Positions 19,093 through 28,400 of a stretch of DNA of 64,000 nucleotides are shown here, piece after piece. This DNA comes from Eubacteriales bacterium (GTDB lineage: Bacteria > Bacillota > Clostridia > Oscillospirales > CAG-272), in the NCBI GenBank assembly GCA_045647805.1, contig JAZRMT010000146.1:24-64023 (forward strand), written 5' to 3'. The notes beneath the pieces are model-generated. The model had not been told where the DNA came from and made no database searches. It worked only from the letters and a program-made list of their open reading frames with translations. Positions within the stretch are counted from its first letter, which is position 1. Every line of letters starts with the position of its first letter. Made by a program: the position numbers and the translations under genes.

Positions 19093-19304
19093 CAATGCTA
19101 GCTCTCTGAGGGAGGCTTATGGGAAATCCGTTTGCAGGTAGCAAGTATCAATTGCATGGCCGGCAGGCAAATCTAAAACGCACTTGTGCGTTTCTTTTTG
19201 ACTTTTTGTTTTGAAAGGTTCATGCACTTCTTTTGAAGGGCGTTTTGCAGCTTCGAAAGGATGAGAGACGAATAAGGTATGGTAGTGTGACGGACAGAAA
19301 ACTA

Positions 19305-19333
19305 TTGACAAATACCCCTATGGGGTATATAAT
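19305..19333 (+). promoter_or_regulatory. Consensus promoter (TTGACA-17 nt-TATAAT) with an embedded CsoR-type operator palindrome ATACCCCTATGGGGTAT
   Basis: TTGACA lies at 19305-19310 and TATAAT at 19328-19333. The 17-bp perfect palindrome at 19312-19328 is of the TACCC-N-GGGTA type bound by CsoR repressors. It sits upstream of csoR-copA. Confidence 0.75.
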
Positions 19334-19338
19334 TAGGT

Positions 19339-19380
19339 AGTGAATAGTGAATAGTGAATAGTGAATAGTGAATAGTGAAT
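19339..19380 (+). repeat. Six perfect tandem copies of the heptamer AGTGAAT in the csoR leader
   Basis: Read directly from the sequence. It lies immediately downstream of the predicted -10 element. Confidence 0.95.
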
Positions 19381-19513
19381 GAAGATTTATTGGGGCTTTG
19401 GGCGAATTGTCGGTGGTTGGGAATTGATTTGACATAAAACTCGAATAATTATAACGAGTAATTAGAAATAGAAAGAAAACAGTGGAAGACAATCCACTTG
19501 CGGAGGAATGTAA

Positions 19514-19807
19514 ATGGCGGAGTGTTGTAGGAGAACGAAAAAAAGAGGCGCGGAAGAATACAAGAAGCTTGTAAATCGCTTAAGTAGGATCGAGGGGCAG
19601 ATCAGAGGGATCACACGAATGGTCGAAACGGATACTTATTGCAATGATATTCTCATTCAGGTGTCGGCTGTGCAGTCGGCTTTGTCTGCGTTTGCACGGG
19701 AGCTGCTTGAATCGCACGTGAGGACCTGCGTGGTAAACGATATTAAGGAAGGAAAGAGGGAGACGGTCGATGAGCTTATCGCAACTGTTTCCAAGCTTAT
19801 CAAGTGA
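19514..19807 (+). CDS. csoR: Copper-sensing transcriptional repressor CsoR
   Basis: 97-aa protein with the family pattern L.R..RIEGQIRGI.RM......YC.DIL.Q..AV..AL......LL..H...C, including the Cys/His/Cys ligands. Confidence 0.9.
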   Translation: MAECCRRTKKRGAEEYKKLVNRLSRIEGQIRGITRMVETDTYCNDILIQVSAVQSALSAFARELLESHVRTCVVNDIKEGKRETVDELIATVSKLIK

Positions 19808-19808
19808 C

Positions 19809-22319
19809 ATGAAGCATTTCAAGGTAACAGGAATGAGCTGTGCTGCTTGCAGCTCGAGAGTGGAAAAGGCTGTTAGTAAATTGAATGGCGTTCGATTTTG
19901 CTCGGTTAATTTATTATCGGGGAGTATGAGCGTTGATACCGATCTTTCGAATTCGGTTATCATAGATGCCGTAAAACGTGCAGGGTACGGTGCGTCCTCT
20001 AAGAATGATGAGGACGAGGTGAAAGAAGGTTCGGGACAGTTTGAAAAGCCGCAAAGAGGTGGAATTCTTCCAAGACTTATCGCTTCTTTGGTTCTTCTTA
20101 TTCCGCTTATGTATATTTCTATGGGATACGTTATGTTTTCGGCACCCGTTCCGCGAATTTTGGCAGAATATCCGATTGCGACCGCTCTTATTGAAATGAT
20201 ACTCTCCGCAGGCGTTCTGGTGATTAATCAGAGCTTCTTTATTAACGGTTTTAAGGGGGTAATTTCTCGAGCTCCGAATATGGATACACTTGTCTCAATG
20301 GGCGCGGGAGTGTCATTTTTGTATAGTATGGTTGTCATATTCGGCATGATTTGCACTTCTGAGGGGCGAGATGTATCTCATGGATTGCATGAACTTTACT
20401 TCGAATCTGCGGCTATGATACTTACTCTGATAACCGTCGGAAAGATGCTCGAGGCACGTGCTAAGGGGAAAACCACCGATGCTGTAAAGGCACTTATGGA
20501 TCTGTCACCAAAAACCGCGAGAATTGAGCGAGACGGTGTGGAGGAAACTGTGCCGACCTCAGAGGTCAAGGTAGGGAACATATTTATACTAAAGGCAGGT
20601 GACTGTGTTCCTGTTGACGGAGTTGTTATTGACGGCGAATGCAGTGTTATGGAGGCGGCCCTTACCGGTGAATCGGTGCCTCTTGATAAGACTGTCGGTG
20701 ATTCTATTTTTGCCGCTACTTTTAATTCTTCGGGTTACGTTAAGTGCAGGGCAACGTCGGTTGGGGAGAATACGAAAATCTCGGGTGTCGTGAGGCTTGT
20801 TGAGGAAGCATCGGCAACCAAGGCGCCTATTGCTAAGATCGCTGATAAGGTTTCGGGAATTTTTGTTCCTGCAATATTGCTCATATCTCTCCTTACCTTT
20901 GGTATATGGTGGCTCGCTTTCGGCAGTGTGAGCGATGCGGTGGTGCATAGTATTGCAGTTCTTGTTATTTCCTGCCCCTGCGCTCTGGGACTTGCTACAC
21001 CGGTTGCGATAATGGTAGGAAGCGGAGTTGGCGCAAGGCTCGGAATTCTCTACAAAACGGCAGAGGCGATAGAGCTTACCGGAAGGGCTGATACAGTTGT
21101 GCTTGACAAGACCGGGACCGTCACCGAGGGAATGCCGGAGGTCGCAGAGGTCATAACCGCAGAGGGGATAAGCGATGAAAAACTACTCTCCGTTGCCTAT
21201 TCGCTTGAAGATAAGAGCGAGCATCCGCAAGGAAGGGCGATAGTCAGATTTTGTGAGGGGCGTATTCCGAAAAACGAGGTTGAGAATTTTGAAAACTTGT
21301 CCGGAAACGGCGTAAAAGGTAGTATAATGCAAACAATTGTTTACGGAGGTAGTCAACGGTTTATTAATCGGGTAGCCAACGTGGACGAGCAGCTTGAGAA
21401 GACGGCTGCCAGGCTGTCCTGTGAGGGAAAGACTCCGCTCTTATTTGCCGAGGGTGGGGTGGCGATAGGTATAATCGCTACCGCTGATAAGGTTAGAGAG
21501 GATAGTGCGGCGGCTGTTGCCGAAATGAAAAAAATGGGACTTTCGGTGGTGATGCTCACGGGCGATAATAGCCGCGTTGCGGAAACGGTGGGCGGATCTC
21601 TTGGCTTTGATGAAATTATTTCCGACGTTCTGCCCGAGGGAAAGGCAGATGCAATAGAGCGGCTTAAGCAGAACGGAAGGGTAATCATGATCGGTGACGG
21701 AATCAACGATGCACCCGCTCTCGCCCTTGCCGACGTAGGTATGGCAATCGGCGGCGGAACGGATATAGCAATCGAATCGGCGGACGTGGTTCTGGTCAAA
21801 AATTCACTTTCGGATGCCGTGAAGGCAATTAAGCTCGGTAGAAGAGTGCTGAATAATATTCATCAGAATTTGTTCTTTGCGTTTCTTTACAACTGCATTG
21901 GAATTCCTATGGCAGCGGGATTATTCGGATTCATTTTACCTCCTATGTTCGGAGCTTTGGCAATGAGCCTTTCCAGCTTTTCTGTTGTTTCCAATGCTCT
22001 CAGAATCAACGGATTCTCGGGAAAAAACGCATTACGTACCCATAAAAACGACAAAATCCGCGATCTTTCACAAACGGATGATCGCAGTGTGGCTGAGTTG
22101 GGAGGCGAGGACGGTGAGCTCCTGCTCCTTGTGGACGGGATGATGTGTCCTCATTGCGAAGCACGTGTGAGCGATGCATTGCGTGGAGTTCCCGGCATCG
22201 TAAGTGTTACCGCAGACCATAAGAACGGTACTGCCGTTGTTCAGGGTAATATCAAGGACGAATCGGCGCTTGTTTCTGCCGTCGAAAATGCGGGATATAA
22301 GGCAGCCGTCAAGAAATGA
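19809..22319 (+). CDS. copA: Copper-translocating P1B-type ATPase with N-terminal and C-terminal heavy-metal-associated domains
   Basis: The start ATG at 19809 immediately follows the csoR stop. The N-terminal HMA domain has GMSCAACSSRVE. Also present are the TGES motif, CPC (SCPCALGLATP), DKTGT and GDGINDAP. An extra C-terminal HMA-like domain has GMMCPHCEARV. Confidence 0.93.
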   Translation: MKHFKVTGMSCAACSSRVEKAVSKLNGVRFCSVNLLSGSMSVDTDLSNSVIIDAVKRAGYGASSKNDEDEVKEGSGQFEKPQRGGILPRLIASLVLLIPLMYISMGYVMFSAPVPRILAEYPIATALIEMILSAGVLVINQSFFINGFKGVISRAPNMDTLVSMGAGVSFLYSMVVIFGMICTSEGRDVSHGLHELYFESAAMILTLITVGKMLEARAKGKTTDAVKALMDLSPKTARIERDGVEETVPTSEVKVGNIFILKAGDCVPVDGVVIDGECSVMEAALTGESVPLDKTVGDSIFAATFNSSGYVKCRATSVGENTKISGVVRLVEEASATKAPIAKIADKVSGIFVPAILLISLLTFGIWWLAFGSVSDAVVHSIAVLVISCPCALGLATPVAIMVGSGVGARLGILYKTAEAIELTGRADTVVLDKTGTVTEGMPEVAEVITAEGISDEKLLSVAYSLEDKSEHPQGRAIVRFCEGRIPKNEVENFENLSGNGVKGSIMQTIVYGGSQRFINRVANVDEQLEKTAARLSCEGKTPLLFAEGGVAIGIIATADKVREDSAAAVAEMKKMGLSVVMLTGDNSRVAETVGGSLGFDEIISDVLPEGKADAIERLKQNGRVIMIGDGINDAPALALADVGMAIGGGTDIAIESADVVLVKNSLSDAVKAIKLGRRVLNNIHQNLFFAFLYNCIGIPMAAGLFGFILPPMFGALAMSLSSFSVVSNALRINGFSGKNALRTHKNDKIRDLSQTDDRSVAELGGEDGELLLLVDGMMCPHCEARVSDALRGVPGIVSVTADHKNGTAVVQGNIKDESALVSAVENAGYKAAVKK

Positions 22320-22396
22320 AAGGCGTATAAATGTCCCCATGAAATGCTTGCGACAGCCATTGCAATTGTAAATTTCGTTTTTTGTTAATTTTTGTA

Positions 22397-22425
22397 TTGA
22401 CTTTTTTTGTGGTTTGATATAAAAT
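22397..22425 (+). promoter_or_regulatory. Putative promoter of B1 (TTGACT-17 nt-TAAAAT)
   Basis: Hexamers at 22397-22402 and 22420-22425, about 50 nt upstream of the B1 start. Confidence 0.4.
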
Positions 22426-22476
22426 AATATAGTAATTTATTACAAAAATTTCTTTTTTTTGGAAGGAAGGCTACAC

Positions 22477-25400
22477 ATGGTTACGCAAAAAATCAAAACC
22501 GGCCTCATTGGACGTGCGAAGATCATAACGGCATCAATTGCGCTTATAGCGACGGTTATGCTGGTCTTTTCCATGTTCCTTTGGAGCGACACGCAAGCAG
22601 AGAACGGCTCGGACGTTCCCGTTACTTCTGCCGATCTTAATGCAGACGGGGTTCCGTACCTGCAGGTCATTGCTTGCAACCTTAACTACAAGGATTATCT
22701 TCACGTTGCTTACGGCGTGGACACTAACCTTGTCGGCGGTATGGACTTCGCTGAGATCAAAATGCTCTTCTGGAGCGAGCCTCAGAGCGAATATCTTCTC
22801 GGTACGCAGAAGTACGTTGGGGAGGTCAATGATCCCGAAGGAACTGCCATTATGGTTGGTGACGTTACATATGATGATTGCGCAGTATTCTTCTCGAGAG
22901 GAATTGCGGCAAAGGAGATAGGCGATACGCTCTATGCCAGAGCCTACGTTACAGACTCCGACGGTAATATCTATTATAGTAACGTGGTTAAGCACGGTGT
23001 TCTTGATTACGTTTATTCGAGATACCGTGATGCGGAGCTCGGTGGCAAAGTAACCGACGATCAGCTTTATCTCTATGATAATATACTTAGATACGGTGCG
23101 AGCGCACAGATCATGTTCGATTATAAGACCGATAGGCTTGTAACCTCTCACGGCGTCAGAATCGACGTTGTTGACGGTTATATGACCGACGGCTTTAACA
23201 GCGGAGCATACATTGTCGGTGACACTGTTACCTTCGTCGCCAATATGGAGAACGAGTACGGTCCGTTCCTCTATTGGAAGGATTCAAAGGGTAATACTGT
23301 ATCTCTGAATCAGTCATTCTCCGTTACGATTGATCAGAATTCTACTTCCGAGATCTACACTGCGGTTTATACCGGTGTTACCAAGGTTACGGTTGTTGGC
23401 GGAACTCTTGAGGGCGGTGAGACTTTCGGCTCCTTCCTTGTTGGCGATAACTTTACTCTTGTCGCAGAGGACAGAAGCAGTGAAAAGTTCGTGTTCAGCC
23501 ATTGGGAGGACGAAAAGGGTAATAACGTCGGCTCTTCCATGACGCTTACTCTTTCTGCAACCGAGAGTGATTCTAAGGTTTATACTTCGGTTTATTACGC
23601 TCCTTCTACCGTTACCGTTTCCGGCGGTACTCTTGATAACGGAAAGATCAGCTCTTCCTATGCATACGGTTCGGACTTCACTGTTACCGCTTCTGATAAG
23701 AGTGCGGAGCAGCTTGTATTCAAGCATTGGAGAGACGAGGCGGGCAACGTTCTCGGCACGGGTAATACCTATACCGCTACCGTTACCGAGTCGGGTGCGG
23801 ATATAACTGTGATCGCGGTTTACTACGCTCCCACTACCGTTAGTGTTACGGACGGTACCGTCAACGGCTCTGCATCTGTCAGCGTAGCATACGGCGATAG
23901 CTATACCCTTACCGCTAATGACAGAAGCGGCGAGAAGTACGTATTCAGCCATTGGGAGAACGGAAACGGCGACGTCGTTTCCTATGACGAGAGCCTTACT
24001 CTGACAAATGATAACGACGGTGCAAGCCTTTCTTATACTGCAGTTTATCACGCTCCCGCTACCGTCAGTGTTACGGGCGGTACCGTTAACGGCTCTGCAT
24101 CCTGTATCGTAGCATACGGTGAGAGCTACACGGTTGTTGCAGACGTTCCCGGCGGATATCTCTTCGACTATTGGACCAAGAACGGCGAGAAGGTTGATAA
24201 TGAAGAAACCTTTACTGCTGTCGCACAAGCCGGTGAGACGGTTTCCTACGTTGCTGTATTCAGAAACAACAGCGGAGCAGGCTTCGATTCTCTTTCCGGC
24301 GGAGCACTTACTGCGGGTACTCCCGTTGTATCCGACGGATATAACGTTACTCTTAGCGGCTCCTCGGATAACTTCGGTGCAGAGATAACTGCTAACCCCT
24401 CTGATTCTACCGACAACGTTTTAAGACTGAATGATGCTGATACCGCATTGGGAGGCGGCATAGCTGTTAACGTCCTTGGAGACGGTTCATTCTTAGTCTT
24501 CAAGACCGATATTTACTTCGATAGCTTCAGCACCAATACTGTGCTTCAGTTCCTCTTGGGAAGTGAGTATAAGATAAACTTTACTGCAGCTGAGTCTGCG
24601 GCTCTTAAGCTATACGACGAAAGCAAACAATCCGGATATCTCGACGTTTACTTACGTCCTGATACATGGTATGAAATAAAGATTGTTATTACCACCGAGA
24701 ACGGTGTTAACGGCAAGGCTCCCAGAGCGTTCGTTTACATTGATGACGTATGCGTTGCCGAGTCTTACAACGTAACCGAGACCGCTCTTTACGACTCGGT
24801 GACTATCTATGTGCTTGAGGGAACCACTGTTGATGTATATCTTGATGATATTGCGGCTTACAGAATGGATATGAGCGAAGAAGACGAGGACCAGATCATC
24901 GTTTCCAAGGTTATAGAGACTCCTAGCAGCTCGTCCTCCGACCGCTTCCAGAATGCGGAGATCCTTCTTGACGCAGAGGCTGTTGCGGCTCTCAAGGAAA
25001 TGGATGAGGCACTCTTCTCCGACAACGTTTATATGTGGGTTGCCAGACTTTACGATCCCGATTCCGGTGCCTTCTACTTCTCTGTCAGCGGTAGTGAGAA
25101 TTACGGCTACCTCGCTGATATTGAGACGACCTCTCAAGCATCCGGTGTTCTCAACAGCCTTGGTATAGGAACCCTTACCTCTCTTCTCAATGCAGAGCAG
25201 AAGGCTAAGCTTCTCTCCTGGGTACAGACTCTCCAGTCCAACCGTGACGGATATTACTATCATCCTCAGTGGGGAATTTCGATAGGCGACGCAAGACGTT
25301 CCAGAGACTATTCCTATTCAAGCGCTTCCTTCTCTGCCTCCGAATCTCTTGCTTTCAGACTATACAATGAGGCTAACTACCGACTTTCCGGCGGTTCCTC

Positions 25401-28400
25401 GGGAACCAAGGGCGTAACGATTTCTACCGCTTACGATAATTCCAAGACGGTAACTCTTACGGCTGCGGATTATAGACTTACCTCTCCTCTCGGTATTTCT
25501 GCTGCAGGTGCGGTGTCCAAGGTAATTCTTGCTTCCTCTACCTCCGGTGACTCTAACGTTCCCGTACATATGACAAGCGAGGAGGCATTCGTTGGATACA
25601 TAAACGGCAAGTGGAATTCCGGCTGTAAGGTTGCGGGTGTTCACGAAAGACACCTTTGCGACAACGAATGTATTCACGTTGCAGACGAAAACGATTCTTA
25701 CATGAAACTCGAAAACGGAAAGGTTAAGTTCATAAGAGGCCAGAGATGTACCTCCTGCCACGTTTGTAAGCATTCTCTCGGTCACTCCTACGGATTTGCT
25801 TCTGTCATCGGAACTCAGAACTCTCAGATCAAATCCCTCGGACTTGGCGACCTTCTCGTAATGTATTACTATGACGTTCAGGAGAACGTTCAGGCAAGTC
25901 TTCGCCATAAGGTTGAGCTTGCTTATACCGGTAACGACGGTGAGTACGCTTGGGGTGCTCTTTCCAACGTATCTCAGAAGGCAAAGGCTGATGCGGTTAC
26001 TACTATCACCGAAGAAGCTAAGGCTCTTGCAAAGTCGGATTACAATGCTGACAACTGTGCAGCGGGTTCGGACGTATTCTCCGATCTTGACGATGCAAAG
26101 AAGAACGAGCTTTACAGGATGGCACAGGCAAAGCTTACCTTTGTTGCGGATATAAATGCTAACGGAAGCACTATCTGGGCCGCTCTTTCTTCAGAGGAGA
26201 GGGCTGACCTCAAGAAGCAGAACCAGAACGGTATCTGGGAGGAAGAGGTAACCTACGGTACTATCTCCGGTCTTCTTAAGGCTTGCGGAACTCCCGGTGC
26301 TCACGGCTACGAATTCCTTTACGCCGAGGATGCTATTCAGTCTGCTATCGACTGTGCTTTGTTCTCGGTATATGACTTCACCGTTAAGAATGCTCAGGCG
26401 GTCGTATCTATCTACAACCCCTTCAACGCTATCAACGGTGTTATGGGTAATATCAGAAATTACGGCTCGGATAAGACTCTTGTAGACAAGTGCATGGTTC
26501 TTATCAGATCTCAGGCGGCAGAGCTTATCGAGAACACTACCGGTAAGCTTCGTGGTTACCTTCAGCCCGACGGCGGATTTTCTTACAACTACAACGGCTA
26601 TTGCGTGACCTCTCAGGGCCAGCCCGTTGCGATTTCCGGTTGGAACAACGGTATCGGTGAGGGTGACGTTAACGGTACTGCTCTTGCATTCGGTACAAGA
26701 TCCGCACTCCTTTCGGTAATGGGTGTTTCGGTTTCGGCTCCCTTCTCCGGCAATAACAATTATATTGTAGGCGGCTTCGACCTTAACGATGACGGCGACA
26801 AGACCGATGAGTACGACCTTGACGGTGACGGCATCTCCGAGACCTTCGAGGCAACCTGTACTCACAGCCAGCGCTTCCAGTACACGATCACTACCAAGGC
26901 CGAGATCGAGAAGGTTGACATTTTCGATTCCGCTTCAGCAGACGGAACTATCACCTTCGATAACGTGGATAGCTTCACCGGCGGCACGGTAGTTACCGAG
27001 ACCGGCTCTACCAACAAGGTCCTTGAGGTGGTTGACTCCTCCTCTTCGAGCGGTAAGAGCGTATACATAGACAGCTCTGCTGCAGAATCCAGTGATAAAA
27101 ACACATGCGAAGTATCCTTCAGAATGAAGGTGATTGCGTCCAATGCTACGACCAGCCATCAGATATTCCTTGACGGTTCCTCATCCACCACCCTCAGGAT
27201 AGATTTGATATACAGCAACAGTGGCAAGTTTACCTTCAAAAACGTTGCAGCTTCCGGTTCGGCTATGCTCATGGATAAGGACTCCACGAGTACCGAGCTC
27301 AGCGTTAATGCTACCGAGTGGTTCGAGGTTGATATAGTTGTTGACTACGCGGGATTTGACGTAGGCGGTACTACCTACTACGGAACCTTCGAGGTTACTC
27401 AGGGCGGCGTTACCAAGACTGCTTATCTCCACGACCTCTCCTCTACGAGCACTGTTACCGAAATGCGTCTTTACTCCTTGAACGGCGCTGTTAACACGGT
27501 ATGGTACGATGATATCAAGGTAGTAAGCAACGTCATGGCGAATGTTTCCGACGGTGAATATCACTTTGATACCACATCTCAGCAGATGGCAGGCGATGAT
27601 GTTCTCATACAGAACCCCACGACCGGCTCTTATGACAAGGTTTACCTGCTTAACGGAGGTAATACCGCCTTTGCGGCATATAACTATTCGGTTGACGATT
27701 ACGCAACGAACAACGTAAGATACAACTTCAACTCCGTTCAGCTTGGTCTCCTTCTCAAGGATGCCAAGGCGGGCGATAGGATCGACCTTGCAATGCTTGA
27801 TGCAAGTGGCAAGAAGATCACCGGAATTTATCTCGTTGTAAGTGAGTACAATGGCAACAAGCTCGTTACCTTCCACGCTCCCAACGGTGAGATTCTTGAG
27901 GAGTCTATCCCGAGAACGATTACCGCCGCTGACGGTACTGTATCTACTACGGCTCAGCTTCGTGAGATGATCCTCGATGTAAACATGGCTAAGTGGATGA
28001 CTATCAAGCTTGAGTATCACTACGATATGGCTGATCCTCAGTTCGATATTGTTGTAAGATACGGCGATGATACGAAGGACGGCTACTATACCGCTACCGC
28101 TGCCTGCCTTACCGGTGTTGACATTTGCGATACCGGTGCAGATGCCTTCAACTTTGCTAACCTTTCCATAAAGGCATCCGGAAAGATCTATATTGACGAT
28201 CTTTACATCAGAAACGTATACGATGCCTGCGACGGTGAGCACGTATACATCAAGAAGGCAACTAAGGCATTCCTTACCGGTGATACCGAGAACGGTCACG
28301 ACGTATACTACTACTCCTGCCAGAAGTGCGGAGCAAAGAGCGAACAGACCTTCGTTGTTCACCAATTCGAAAGAGTTGTTGCGGATGAATACAAGGTATC

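Noticed and set aside
26776-26850. Dockerin interpretation of the paired DxDxDG loops in B1 and B2
   Set aside because: The segment is only about 25 aa, internal, and lacks the two helices and spacing of dockerin modules. No cohesin-like gene is visible. I kept it only as a possible Ca2+ site.
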